From Patescibacteria group bacterium (lineage in GTDB: Bacteria > Patescibacteriota > Patescibacteriia > 2-12-FULL-60-25), in contig JBAYJC010000003.1 of assembly GCA_041665285.1 (NCBI GenBank), positions 65,902 through 129,901 of the forward strand: 64,000 nt of DNA. The letters are read 5' to 3'. The position numbers and the translations under genes were made by a program. Shown here one piece after another: positions 18,081 through 28,155 of the stretch (within the stretch, counting starts at the first letter, position 1; every line of letters starts with the position of its first letter). Under the pieces are notes generated by a model. The model saw only the letters and a list, made by a program, of their open reading frames with translations. It was not told the DNA's origin and ran no database searches.

Positions 18081-20186
18081 TCAGCGGGAGCGGGTCCAGA
18101 CGTAGGTGAGGTCCTGGACGCCGGTCTCCCCGAACCAGTCGCGGGAGCCGCCCTGCACGCGCGGGTTGGGCGAGTGCGGGGTCTCGGACAGATCGCTCAC
18201 GAGGCCCGGGGAGTAGAGCCGGACGCCGGAGCCGAGGTCCATGACCGGGCCGATGTAGAACACGCCGTCCTCGTACGAGGACTCCGTGCGCACGGAGACG
18301 AAGGCCGTCTCCTGGATCGGGACCTCGTGCGTGCGCCTCGTGAAGGTCGTGGCGATGGACTCGCCCTCCAGCACCGTGCCGGTGAGGGTGGCGTGCAACG
18401 TGTAGTCGTTCCCGGCGGTGGAGATGTTCTCCTCGCCCGAGAACGCCACGACCACGCTCACGTTCCGGACGGAGCTCGAGACCGTGTACGCGCCGGGGTT
18501 CAGGTTGAGCCCGGTGTTCTCGGTGAACACGCGGTACTCGCTCCTCGGGATCTCCTGCGAACCGCGACGGAGGCCGAAGTCGCTGAGGGTGAAGGAGTGC
18601 CCGGGCGTGTTCGTGAACGCCATGTCGAAGCTCCGGCGCTTACGCGCGACCGGGCCGTTGACGCCCGCCTCGTGGAACACCGCGAAGTCCTGGTCCACGC
18701 CCGCGACGAGCGTGTTCGAGGCGAGGCGGCGGGGCGTGATGGCCGGGTAGGACCGGCGCACCACGTGGCTCACGCCCACGAAGGGCAGGCCACTGCTCGC
18801 CGGGGCAAACACCTGGTCACGAGAGGTCGCCCCGAACGCCTGGATGGCGTAGCGGGCCGTGCTCGCGTTCAGCCCGAGGTTCACGAGCTTCCCGGAGCGC
18901 GGGACGCCGTCCCAGCGGTTGCCCGCCGCGGACGAGGAGATGACCGGCGCCATCCTGCCCGCGAGGCGCAGGGTGGTGCACGTGCCGCGCGTCACGACGA
19001 CCGGCTCCGTGAAGGAGACGTTCGCCGCGGGGCGGAGCGTGTTCGGGAAGCTGGCGTAGCCCTGGAGGAAGCTCCCCTGGAACACGCCGACGTTCTGGAA
19101 GCTGGCGCCGTCCTCCGTGGAGGTCAGGCCCGTGCCCCAGACGTTCATGTTCTCGTGCTCCGCGCAGAGCCGAAGCTCCGTCATCGCGTGGTACGAGCCG
19201 TCGGAGGTCATGATCTGCCGCGCGATCTGGTTGCCCGAGACCGGCGGCATGACCATGAGCGTGCCGTGGTCCATGACCCGGACGAAGACCGAGGGGTTGC
19301 CCCGGTCCGTGGCCTGGCGCTGGAGGTCGTCGCTCACGACCACGTCCGCGGACGCGCCCGTGCTGTCGCGGGCGTCCACGCCGTCCGGCGTGAGGCCGAT
19401 GGCGTAGCGGTTGCCCTCGGAGCGGGTCACGCTGGTGGGCGCGGCGTTGCAGAGCACCGTGAAGGTGCGGGAGGTGCCGTGCACGCACACGAGCGGCATG
19501 CTCGGCACGAGCGTGAACCTGCCCGCGGCGTTCGGCGCCGCGCCGCGCGCGAAGTAGGTCGGCCCGGCGAGCGGGAACGTCTGGACGAGCACGCACATGG
19601 TGCTCACATCGTCGAAGGCGCTCCGCAAGAAGGTGCCCGTGGTGTCGCCCACGCCCGTGTGGGTGATGGCCGCGAGCGTCACGTCCTCGCGCGGGTCGCA
19701 CACGTAGGTGACGCCCAGGCTCTGGACGTTCTGCGCATGCTTGACCGCGGTCGACGAGGCCGGGGTCGCGGCCATGCGGACCTGGATCTGGGGCCGGCGA
19801 CGCAGGACGTCCGCGAGGTTCGCGTCGGCCGCGTCCGAGGTCCCGCTGTCCGTCCTGGTGTCCGTGGTGCCGCTGTCCGTCACCGCCGCCTCGGACGTGC
19901 TGTCCTGGGCGTCGGCCGTGGGGGCGCTGTCCGCGAGGTTCGCGTCCGGCACCACCACCGAGATCGAGTCCTGCGACACGGCCACGTCGGCCGCGTCCGG
20001 GGTCCCGGCGTCCGCGACGCGCGAGTCCGACTGGACCGCGCCGTCGTTCACCGGGCCGCCGTCCTGGACGGCACCCGTGTCGTGGTCCGAGGGCGGGTTG
20101 CCCCCGTACCAGGTGTCCTGCTCGAACATGCAGGCGGAGCCGAACAGACAAAGCGCCAGACACATCGTGTACTTTCCCATGACCAT
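18081..20186 (-). CDS. Large secreted lipoprotein (GC-rich, Asp/Thr/Ser-rich N-terminal region)
   Basis: RBS GGAAGGAG. Lipobox LFGSAC. About 700 aa. The mirror ORF on the + strand (18174-20408) is Arg/His-rich and looks like an artefact. Confidence 0.6.
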   Translation of the reverse strand: MVMGKYTMCLALCLFGSACMFEQDTWYGGNPPSDHDTGAVQDGGPVNDGAVQSDSRVADAGTPDAADVAVSQDSISVVVPDANLADSAPTADAQDSTSEAAVTDSGTTDTRTDSGTSDAADANLADVLRRRPQIQVRMAATPASSTAVKHAQNVQSLGVTYVCDPREDVTLAAITHTGVGDTTGTFLRSAFDDVSTMCVLVQTFPLAGPTYFARGAAPNAAGRFTLVPSMPLVCVHGTSRTFTVLCNAAPTSVTRSEGNRYAIGLTPDGVDARDSTGASADVVVSDDLQRQATDRGNPSVFVRVMDHGTLMVMPPVSGNQIARQIMTSDGSYHAMTELRLCAEHENMNVWGTGLTSTEDGASFQNVGVFQGSFLQGYASFPNTLRPAANVSFTEPVVVTRGTCTTLRLAGRMAPVISSSAAGNRWDGVPRSGKLVNLGLNASTARYAIQAFGATSRDQVFAPASSGLPFVGVSHVVRRSYPAITPRRLASNTLVAGVDQDFAVFHEAGVNGPVARKRRSFDMAFTNTPGHSFTLSDFGLRRGSQEIPRSEYRVFTENTGLNLNPGAYTVSSSVRNVSVVVAFSGEENISTAGNDYTLHATLTGTVLEGESIATTFTRRTHEVPIQETAFVSVRTESSYEDGVFYIGPVMDLGSGVRLYSPGLVSDLSETPHSPNPRVQGGSRDWFGETGVQDLTYVWTRSR

Positions 20187-20469
20187 GCTCCTTCCGAGGT
20201 GAGTCACTCTCACCTCCGCGCCTCGAACCCTTCGAGAAGCGGAGAAAAAGTCCCCTGTTCCTGGCCAAAAAACCGCGCTCCCCGCCGCGCTTTCCCGGTC
20301 ACGAAACGAACCCAACCTGTACCCATGACAATTCCATCGCTAAGCGAAGGACCATTTAGCCATATTTCTTCCATTTTGTCAAGAGGTAAACCGGGGCAAC
20401 GTCTCTAGGATACGCGATCGAACTTCGTGCTTTGCCCCATGCCTTCGAACAAGGTACAATGGCTTTGGT

Positions 20470-21459
20470 ATGCAGACCTTTGATATTTTTACGATTGGTG
20501 CGGCCACACGGGATATTTTTGTGCGTAGTCCAAAGTTTGAAGAGACGCCAAATCCCAATGCACCAGATGGAACAAGCGCCTGCTTTCCCATGGGAGGCAA
20601 GATCGACGTGTCTGACATGACATTTTCAACGGGTGGCGGTGCAACGAACGCGGCTGTCACGTTCGCGCGTTTTGGCCTGAACACGGTTTGCGTGGCTCGT
20701 GTGGGATGCGATGATTCTGCCGCATATATCCATGACCAATTATCCGCAGAAGGCATCAATGTCCATCATTTACAAATGGATGAAGAACATGCGACTGCGC
20801 ACTCCATCATTCTGCTTTCTGGCACAGGCCATCGTTCTATCCTCACCTATCGCAGTGCGTCTGAGCATTTATCCGCGCAAGACATTCCCTGGAAAGCCTT
20901 GTCTGCGCGCTGGATCTATTTGACGAATGTCTCTGCAAACATGGACGTGCTTGAGCAAACGTTCGCGGCCGCAAAATCCATGGGCGCCACCGTGGCATGG
21001 AATCCGGGAGCCGCGGAACTTCGCTTAGGGAAAGAAGCACTCGAACCTTTTCTCAAACATGTTGCCGTGTTGATTCTCAACCGTGAAGAGGCGTGTTTAC
21101 TTTCAGAACAACCAAAGCGCGATCTCAAAGCCATGATTGCGCATCTTGAGCACTACCCATCGCGCGCGCTTGTGATCACGGACGGACAGCAAGGCGCGTA
21201 CGTGCATAGCGGCGGGCAAACATGGTATGCGCCAGCGCTCAAAACCACGCGCGTGAATGCAACCGGCGCAGGCGATGCCTTTGGAAGCGCGTTTGTTGCA
21301 GGACTCGCACTTGGCCTGCCCGTAGAAGATTGTCTGCGTACAGCCATGCTCAATGCCACGAGCGTGGTCAGCCACATGGGAGCAAAGGCTGGCATTCTCA
21401 AAAAACCACCGACCAAGGCGGCTCTGCAAAAAGTTGAGATCAGACAGCTGGTTTTATGA
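20470..21459 (+). CDS. PfkB-family carbohydrate kinase (ribokinase-like)
   Basis: GGGATNAAV and ATGAGDAFGSAFVAGL signature motifs. Confidence 0.8.
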   Translation: MQTFDIFTIGAATRDIFVRSPKFEETPNPNAPDGTSACFPMGGKIDVSDMTFSTGGGATNAAVTFARFGLNTVCVARVGCDDSAAYIHDQLSAEGINVHHLQMDEEHATAHSIILLSGTGHRSILTYRSASEHLSAQDIPWKALSARWIYLTNVSANMDVLEQTFAAAKSMGATVAWNPGAAELRLGKEALEPFLKHVAVLILNREEACLLSEQPKRDLKAMIAHLEHYPSRALVITDGQQGAYVHSGGQTWYAPALKTTRVNATGAGDAFGSAFVAGLALGLPVEDCLRTAMLNATSVVSHMGAKAGILKKPPTKAALQKVEIRQLVL

Positions 21460-22394
21460 CCTCTCGTTCGCTCGTTCATTTTTTCAAAGCCAATAATCAG
21501 ATCGTCCTCATTTTGATGGCGATCTTGTGCGGTTTTACGGTTCCGAATGCTTTTCGCTGGCTCACCCCGTACACCACGCCCATGCTCATGGTCGTGTTTT
21601 TCACTTCTTCGTTACGCCTCTCGTTCGAAACGATCGTCACCTATGCCAAAGACTGGCGCATGCTGGTTCTTGGTGCGGGATTCAAGCTCATTGTTCTTCC
21701 TTTAGCGCTGTTTGTCCCCTTTTCGTTGATTGATCGTGAGTGGGGGCTTGCGCTTCTTATCTTTGGCGCCATGCCAATCGGCATGAGCATTGCGCTTGTC
21801 GCGGAGTTTTTGGGTGGGATTTCCGCGCTCGCACTTCTCATGACCACAGCCGTATCGCTCGTGGCCCCGTTCGTGATCCCCCTTGTCATCAACATCGCCA
21901 TTGGTACGAGCGTGGATCTTCCGGTTGTCTCCATGTTCCTGTCATTGGTTCAGACCATTGTCCTCCCCTTTGCCGTTGCCATGCTGATCCGTCGCTTTGC
22001 GCGAAAAAACATCATCAACCATGACACAGCCATTCAGCGCACCTCTCTTGGTTTTTTGATCGTGCTTATTGCCACACTCATTGCCGCTTCAGCAAGCACT
22101 TCCATTGCAAACATCGCTGGCCGAGATTTTGTAATCTTGCTTCTTGCCATGGGATGGCTCCTCACACTCGTTGCTGTATCCTATCGCCTCACCCCATGGC
22201 GCACACCAAAAGAACGCGTGACTGTGGCACTTTGCATACTCTACAACAATTATACGCTCGCTTTGTACATTGCGAATAAGTTTTTCCCAGAATCGCAAGC
22301 CATCCCAAAACTCGTTCTTCTCCTTCTTTCGGTCAATTTTCTGCTTCCCCTTTTCAAATGGGAAGCACATCGTGTGCTCAAGCACGCAAAATAA
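21456..22394 (+). CDS. Bile acid:Na+ symporter (BASS)-like transporter
   Basis: 312 aa with about 9-10 TM helices. The start overlaps the upstream stop (ATGA). Family call is from overall pattern only. Confidence 0.5.
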   Translation: MTSRSLVHFFKANNQIVLILMAILCGFTVPNAFRWLTPYTTPMLMVVFFTSSLRLSFETIVTYAKDWRMLVLGAGFKLIVLPLALFVPFSLIDREWGLALLIFGAMPIGMSIALVAEFLGGISALALLMTTAVSLVAPFVIPLVINIAIGTSVDLPVVSMFLSLVQTIVLPFAVAMLIRRFARKNIINHDTAIQRTSLGFLIVLIATLIAASASTSIANIAGRDFVILLLAMGWLLTLVAVSYRLTPWRTPKERVTVALCILYNNYTLALYIANKFFPESQAIPKLVLLLLSVNFLLPLFKWEAHRVLKHAK

Positions 22395-22395
22395 T

Positions 22396-23379
22396 ATGCC
22401 CATTGTTTTCATCACCAGACCTATTCCAGACGCAGGGATTCTTTTATTGAAACAGGCGAACTACGACATTCGCCAATATACTGGGGAGAAGATCATCCCT
22501 CGTGACGAGCTTCTCAAAAGCGTGAAAGGCGCAGATGCGATCCTTTCGCTTCTGACGGAGCACATGGACGATGAGGTGTTTGCCGCCGCAGGACCGCAAC
22601 TCAAGGTGGTCGCGAATTATGCGGTGGGCTTTGATAATATCGATCTACCCGCCGCGAAGAAACGCGGAATAACCGTTACAAATACCCCAAGCGAGGAGAC
22701 CTGTGAGGCTGTGGCAGAACACACGTTCGCGCTGATCCTGGCGTTAGCGCATCGCATCACAGAAGCAGACGCCTTCGCAAAATCAGGACAATACGATGGC
22801 TGGAATCCCATGCTTTTTCTTGGCACAGATGTCTACGGCAAAACGCTTGGCGTAGTCGGAGCCGGTCGCATTGGTTGTTCTGTGCTTCAACGCGCAGTCG
22901 CAGGCTTTGGCATGAAGTGCGTGTACGCAGACATCCGCCCAAACACAGACATGAAAACACGCTTTCATGCAGAGCGTTTGCCCTTGGATGAGCTTCTGCG
23001 AGTTTCGGATTATGTTTCTCTGCATGTCCCCCTTCTTCCATCTACGCATCACCTAATTTCCACGGAGCAATTTAGCCTCATGAAGAAAACAGCGTTCCTC
23101 ATCAACACAGCGCGAGGTCCTGTGGTAGATGAAAAGGCGTTGCTTCGTGCTCTCAAAACAAAACGCATTGCTGGTGCAGGTATTGATGTGTTTGAATGCG
23201 AGCCGGCGATTGACTGTGATCTGACAGACAAGCTCGCACTCAAATCGTTTTCAAATGTAATTCTGACCCCGCACATTGCAAGCGGCACCATTGAATCGCG
23301 CCAAGCCATGTCGCGTATTGCCGCAGAGAATATCCTTGCGGTGTTGAGTGGTAAGCCAGCGCTGAATCCCGCAAAATAA
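22396..23379 (+). CDS. D-isomer-specific 2-hydroxyacid dehydrogenase (glyoxylate/hydroxypyruvate reductase-like)
   Basis: MPIVFITRPIP..., GVVGAGRIGCSV NAD motif, and the catalytic region ..LINTARG..VDE... and TPHIAS. Confidence 0.85.
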   Translation: MPIVFITRPIPDAGILLLKQANYDIRQYTGEKIIPRDELLKSVKGADAILSLLTEHMDDEVFAAAGPQLKVVANYAVGFDNIDLPAAKKRGITVTNTPSEETCEAVAEHTFALILALAHRITEADAFAKSGQYDGWNPMLFLGTDVYGKTLGVVGAGRIGCSVLQRAVAGFGMKCVYADIRPNTDMKTRFHAERLPLDELLRVSDYVSLHVPLLPSTHHLISTEQFSLMKKTAFLINTARGPVVDEKALLRALKTKRIAGAGIDVFECEPAIDCDLTDKLALKSFSNVILTPHIASGTIESRQAMSRIAAENILAVLSGKPALNPAK

Positions 23380-23424
23380 AAAATCCCGGCCTCAGCGAGA
23401 GTGCGCGGGACGGGAAGAACGAGA

Positions 23425-23886
23425 CTACCCAGGCGATGGGACTCTGAACATCCGAGGGCGGTCAGAGCGAGCCAGATCGCTCGAAGAAGGCCCGACCTCA
23501 ATGGTGACGAGCGACGTTCTGCGAAAGAACTTCCGCAGGCTGTTGTTCAAGTTTATCCGCAAGAGCACAGCCGTGCCCACAGACTCTGCACTCAACAGCG
23601 GCACAAGCATCCCCCGCCCTCCCGAATCCCGAAACAGCACCTGAAGCGCCGAGATCGGCAGGCTCAGGGCAGGCAGAGACGACGACATGCCCTCCTTGGG
23701 GCGGAAACGCATCACCAGCCTCCCGCCCTCCAGTGCTTCGAGCGCGCAGGTCTTGAGCGCCCTGAGAATCCAGGCGAGTCTCGATGCCCCGATCGGCTTG
23801 CTCGCATCGTACACCTGACGATCGCGATACCTTCTGCCTTCGGGATTGAGCACGATAGGTTCCACGGAAGCTCCTTGCACAGCCAA
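23425..23886 (-). CDS. Hypothetical ORF (GC-rich, next to tRNA-Ala). Start uncertain.
   Basis: An ORF is present on both strands. The minus frame has the more natural composition, but it has only a TTG start and no clear RBS. Confidence 0.25.
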   Translation of the reverse strand: MAVQGASVEPIVLNPEGRRYRDRQVYDASKPIGASRLAWILRALKTCALEALEGGRLVMRFRPKEGMSSSLPALSLPISALQVLFRDSGGRGMLVPLLSAESVGTAVLLRINLNNSLRKFFRRTSLVTIEVGPSSSDLARSDRPRMFRVPSPG

Positions 23887-24042
23887 CGCACCGCGCGTTT
23901 TCCTATGCGGCTATAGCATAAACAAAAAAGTGCCTTCCTGACAAGGGCTGTTGATCAAATCCAAAGAGTTTGATAACCTGCGGACGCGTGCATCCCGTAT
24001 CATGCGCTACGAGTTACGCGTTACAGGTTACACAACCACCAC

Positions 24043-24118
24043 GGGCCCTTAGCTCATTTGGTAGAGCACTGCCTTTGCAAGGCAGGGGTGGCCGGTTCGA
24101 GCCCGGCAGGGTCCACCA
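24043..24118 (+). tRNA. tRNA-Ala (anticodon TGC), CCA encoded
   Basis: GGGCCCTTAGCTCATTTGGTAGAGCACTGCCTTTGCAAGGCAGGGGTGGCCGGTTCGAGCCCGGCAGGGTCCACCA. G3:U70 identity pair is present. Confidence 0.92.
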
Positions 24119-24163
24119 TAACAAAAACTCCGTCATAAAGGCGGAGTTTTTGTTTTTGTTCCC

Positions 24164-24796
24164 TCAAATCATGAGCGGCCGCTCCCCTTTTAAAAATCGG
24201 TCTGCGAGGAGGGCGGCTTTGTACATGTAGCGATCCCAGTTGTAGGGGAAGGAATCTTCTGTGACAGTCAGGGATAGCGTCTGCTTTTCTGCGGTGAGAC
24301 CTGTGGCCGTGAAAGAATAGGTTGGGTCTTCGTACGCACGGATAATATCCGTAATGCCGCATGTGCATATTCCAGACACTTCACCTGGATCGAGCGTATA
24401 CGCATCAAGCGGACGATTGTCCTCGACCATAAAGACATGGCTCACAATATGAACGAACGCCCCCCGAATATTCGAACCAACATTCAGTCGACGACCAAGT
24501 GAGTATAGCGATTCTGGCGAGTAGTCACATCCCAGCTCTTCACGCACCTCTCGAATGCCATCCAGCGGCTCCTCACCCGCTGAAAGGTGCCCGCCAGCAG
24601 AAAGATCGAGCTTACCGGGCGCCCAAGTCGACGTTTGGCTACGAATTTGCATGACAATCGCTGGCATGGGAGATCGCTGGACAATCCATAGATTGAACAC
24701 CCCAATCCAATCCCCGTCCGCATTGGCTTGTGCGCGTGTTTTGATGATCCCGGACTTTTCAAAGGTGGGTGGTTTGAGAATATCGACGTTTTCCAT
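24164..24796 (-). CDS. NUDIX hydrolase
   Basis: Nudix box GGHLSAGEEPLDGIREVREELG. Confidence 0.8.
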   Translation of the reverse strand: MENVDILKPPTFEKSGIIKTRAQANADGDWIGVFNLWIVQRSPMPAIVMQIRSQTSTWAPGKLDLSAGGHLSAGEEPLDGIREVREELGCDYSPESLYSLGRRLNVGSNIRGAFVHIVSHVFMVEDNRPLDAYTLDPGEVSGICTCGITDIIRAYEDPTYSFTATGLTAEKQTLSLTVTEDSFPYNWDRYMYKAALLADRFLKGERPLMI

Positions 24797-24917
24797 GCAA
24801 GAAAGAATAAAGAAAGATCAACGTCCCGTCCATGCGCCTGGTGCTTGACGGATCCTCCTTCTCTGTTACCATGGCTTTCACGGTAGTTTTTTGGTACTGC
24901 CGCGGTCAGGAGTAGAC

Positions 24918-25289
24918 GTGTTGTCATCTAAAGCTGGCAATCCTCTCAGCTGGGACGCGGTGATTGCCGCGATCGCCCACTTCGCCATCCGCAACAAAAA
25001 GGACTTTGCTCGTGTCCGTTTCGACGATGGGACGCACCGGTACGATGGCTCCATGCAATCGGTTGCTCGATGCGAGGACGGTTCGGTGCTCATGGTGTTC
25101 CGGGAGCTCCTGCGCAAATCCGAGCAAGACGGCTTGGCACCAGCACTTCTCTCGGAATCGACCTACCGATTTGTGCCTACTGGTGAACCGCTTGCCCACA
25201 AGAACGAGCAGATCAGCTTTCGCTTCAACGGCGTAGGCCTCGGCCTCATCTATCCGGGCGACCACGCCCAAGAGCCCTCTTTTCCCTGA
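24918..25289 (+). CDS. Hypothetical protein
   Basis: GTG at 24918 follows AGGAG. The track start at 24891 is a TTG. Confidence 0.4.
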   Translation: MLSSKAGNPLSWDAVIAAIAHFAIRNKKDFARVRFDDGTHRYDGSMQSVARCEDGSVLMVFRELLRKSEQDGLAPALLSESTYRFVPTGEPLAHKNEQISFRFNGVGLGLIYPGDHAQEPSFP

Positions 25290-25395
25290 CCTGTGCGGTC
25301 AGTCTTTTTTTATCAAACACGGATTGACGGCTTATGCGATTCCTGTTGAACTATGGTCGCTCTCGCACATCCACGTGAGGCAAGGAGCCTGTTCC

Positions 25396-26487
25396 ATGCG
25401 TACGGATCTGGTAGAAGCGCATCGTAACCGCGTACTCCGCATCCAGTTGCTTGCGCGAATTGGATTCAACAACGCTGAGATGGCGAGCCTGCTCTCGGTG
25501 ACGCCCAACACCATCCGTCGCGATCGCAGGCGCGCGCAGATTCCCGAGTCTTCACGATCGCCAAAGCGGCAAGAGGCACACGCGCGACTCCTCTCCATGT
25601 ATCCCGTGGCGTTTGCCTGGTACGCGGCCATGGAGCCGAGATACTACCAAACCAGCCGGAACATGGGGGAGATTTCCGCGGACGTGTGGCGTCGGGTGGG
25701 GCAATGGCTCCAGATCCAGCGCATCACGGAGATCCACGAGGTGCTCAAGTTCACTCGCCCGCTTGAAAGAGCCATGGCCGAGTGGCTCGCGGACCCGTAC
25801 GGTCACCTGCTCGGACGCACGTTCCAGCTCTGTCCGCTCGCGTCTACGAATGTGAGCGCCTGCTGGCACACCCTTCTCGAAGCGGTTGCCACGGGAAAAG
25901 AGTCCACACCGCAAGACCCGTATGACGCGTCCACGCGCTTCAAGATGCGCCTGACCCGGGAGGCGCTCAAGCGCCAACAGCTCCCCATCACGCACATGGT
26001 GCGCAGAGCTGTCGACAACGCGCTTGACGATCTCGGTGTGCACGGTCTCCTACTGCGCGAACTGTTCCTGCAGGAGCCGTGGCCCACGGAAGGACGTGAG
26101 GTTACGCCTACGCACGAACGCGCTCTGGAGAAACTCCGCCAGTCGCGCCACGCTCCCATGTTGCGCATGCTCGCCATGCCTGTGGAGCAGATCGCACAGG
26201 AGCTCGCGATCCAGGCGATCCAGAGCCCGCTCCACGACAGCGGCCCGGGAAGCTTCATCCTAAACCTGCCTGTGTCCGAGCTCTTGCTCAGCCGCACAAC
26301 GCACTTCCAGCTCGACGAGGCAGGGCTCGCGATGGTCGGCCAGGTCTTTGTCCTCACAGAGGACGAGTTCCTCAACCTCCCGGGCATGGAGGAAAAGGAG
26401 CTTCTCGAGGTCAAGCACGCGCTTGGCCAATACGGCCTGCACTTCCGCATGGAGAACAACACTCCTCCCCCGGCCCCGACTCTCTAA
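25396..26487 (+). CDS. Putative DNA-binding protein (N-terminal HTH, C-terminal RpoA-alphaCTD-like HhH)
   Basis: RBS AAGGAG. GFNNAEMASLLSVTPNTIRRDRRRA looks like an HTH. C-terminal LPVSELLLSRTTHFQLDEAGLAMVGQV..LTEDEFLNLPGMEEKELLEVKHALGQYGL resembles the alpha-CTD pattern. Confidence 0.45.
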   Translation: MRTDLVEAHRNRVLRIQLLARIGFNNAEMASLLSVTPNTIRRDRRRAQIPESSRSPKRQEAHARLLSMYPVAFAWYAAMEPRYYQTSRNMGEISADVWRRVGQWLQIQRITEIHEVLKFTRPLERAMAEWLADPYGHLLGRTFQLCPLASTNVSACWHTLLEAVATGKESTPQDPYDASTRFKMRLTREALKRQQLPITHMVRRAVDNALDDLGVHGLLLRELFLQEPWPTEGREVTPTHERALEKLRQSRHAPMLRMLAMPVEQIAQELAIQAIQSPLHDSGPGSFILNLPVSELLLSRTTHFQLDEAGLAMVGQVFVLTEDEFLNLPGMEEKELLEVKHALGQYGLHFRMENNTPPPAPTL

Positions 26488-26526
26488 GGGGTCGATTTTT
26501 TTACAAAAAAGAGACGCAGAGTGCGT

Positions 26527-27015
26527 CTACAGCTTCAGAAGGTACATGTTCGTCTCGCGGAGCACGTACCCCATGGACTGGTAGAGCTTGTTGGCCTCCA
26601 CACGCTTGGGGTTGGAGGTCAGCTCAAGCGCGGTCAGACGGAGCCGCTTCGCGTGACGGTGGAGGATCTCCATCAGCTTCCGCGCGATTCCGTAACCGCG
26701 GCACTCCTTGTCCACGACCACGTCCTCGATCGTCCCCTTGTCCCCGGACAGCTTCCAGAGCGGGATGAGCGATGCCATGCCCACGACGCGATCGCCGTTA
26801 TCTGCATCGCAAGCGAGGATCACGACGGTCCCGGCGTCGATCTTTCTCCGGATCTCCCCAGAAGTGATCGTGACAGGCGGCACAACCTCATCTGTCCCAG
26901 CCTGCTTCAGCTCGGTGAGGAGCCTCCCCATGTCCTCTTCGACCCAGCTGTACGCGTCGCCGAAGCCACGCCCACGTCTGATTGACCCGTGCAACTGACA
27001 AAACTCGATGTGCAT
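26527..27015 (-). CDS. GNAT-family N-acetyltransferase
   Basis: VVVDKECRGYGIARKLM (acetyl-CoA binding motif A) ...ANKLYQSMGY. Confidence 0.8.
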   Translation of the reverse strand: MHIEFCQLHGSIRRGRGFGDAYSWVEEDMGRLLTELKQAGTDEVVPPVTITSGEIRRKIDAGTVVILACDADNGDRVVGMASLIPLWKLSGDKGTIEDVVVDKECRGYGIARKLMEILHRHAKRLRLTALELTSNPKRVEANKLYQSMGYVLRETNMYLLKL

Positions 27016-27063
27016 ACACCAGTCCCCTTTCGCTGGAACAGAATAACAGGCTACTCGAAAAAG

Positions 27064-28056
27064 TCAATGCTTGGGGAACAGCTTCCGATATGCCCATTCC
27101 CATCGTGGCAAATCCCAAGTTCCTACAAAATCGACGAGCAAGCCTCCCCAACCGCGCTTGAAACGCGTGATGCCTTGCCATCGCGGTTTGAAATACGGGT
27201 CTTCCTCGTCCTCTGGATTACATCCCCAAAAATCATAAAAATGTCGGCCTTCGATCCTCGCCGCACGAATCGCTTCCCATTGAAGTGCATACGGCGCCAT
27301 CACATTGCGATGCGCTGACGAAGAAGCGCCGTGGAGATATGTCGCAGTGTCGCCAAATGCCATTTCCATATTTGCGGCAAGGACTTTTCCTTGAAACTCC
27401 GCAAGCCGCAAACGACAAAGCCCTGTCTTTGCGAGCACACGATACGTTTCTGCGAGATAGTTGCGTGAAAGCGGCCGAAATCCATCACGCTTAGCTGTCT
27501 CATCCATCAAATCTAAAAAGCACGCGAGATCCTCCTCACCAACGCCTTCGCGAACCGTGACCCCGTGCTTTTCTGCCACGCGAATGTTGTACCGCGTTTT
27601 CGGATGCATGTCCGCGAGCAACTCCTCTTCTGTTCGCTGAAGGTCAAGGACAAGCGTGGTCGCAGGATTGAATGCATGCGTGCGGATGAGACCCATACCT
27701 GACAGGTCAGCCCGACCGACCATCACCGGCTCCATGCGTACGAACAACGCGCGACCTTTCAAACGGCCGTCATGCTGAGCTTGTAGAAGCATCTTCGACA
27801 GTCCCTCCTTTTGCTCCTCGACCGTCTCCGTCGCAAACACCGGACCACGTGACGCAAACCAATACCCCACGCCAAAACGCCCCGGCTGACGGATGAATTG
27901 TGCGGCAACAATGTCTCGCATCCCCAGACGCCTCACCTCTTTTCCTTGGCCGCGCTGAAACTCGCCCCAGGCCCATGACTGGGTAAACTGGGCGAACTTT
28001 TGCGCAGAAACAAATGCATCCCAATCGTGTTCGTTTTGAATCTCCGTGAGGGTCAT
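27064..28056 (-). CDS. FemAB-family peptidoglycan bridge-formation aminoacyltransferase
   Basis: MTLTEIQNEHDWDAFV..FTQSWAWGEFQ...YLHGASS...NVMAPYALQWEAI..A...G...YDFWG pattern. Confidence 0.8.
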   Translation of the reverse strand: MTLTEIQNEHDWDAFVSAQKFAQFTQSWAWGEFQRGQGKEVRRLGMRDIVAAQFIRQPGRFGVGYWFASRGPVFATETVEEQKEGLSKMLLQAQHDGRLKGRALFVRMEPVMVGRADLSGMGLIRTHAFNPATTLVLDLQRTEEELLADMHPKTRYNIRVAEKHGVTVREGVGEEDLACFLDLMDETAKRDGFRPLSRNYLAETYRVLAKTGLCRLRLAEFQGKVLAANMEMAFGDTATYLHGASSSAHRNVMAPYALQWEAIRAARIEGRHFYDFWGCNPEDEEDPYFKPRWQGITRFKRGWGGLLVDFVGTWDLPRWEWAYRKLFPKH

Positions 28057-28155
28057 ACGATCTCTATAAGATAGCACATCCTCAAAACTATCCACCACCT
28101 ACCTTTAGATTACCTGGATCCTTCTAGGATGTGATACACTTGTTTCAACAATCCT

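Noticed and set aside
18174-20408. 744-aa ORF on the + strand mirroring the 18081-20315 gene, plus similar antisense ORFs at 2573-3631, 6598-7245, 14541-15335, 29829-30548, 32396-33958 and 46463-47314
   Set aside because: They are extremely Arg/His/Asp/Gly-rich with no signal peptide or motifs. This is the typical stop-codon-poor antisense frame of GC-rich genes. The opposite strand has an RBS, signal peptides and natural composition.
23887-24043. tRNA-Ala-adjacent GC-rich ORF as an integrase remnant or genomic-island junction
   Set aside because: There is no recognisable integrase motif, no direct repeat of the tRNA 3' end nearby, and the ORF has no good start codon.
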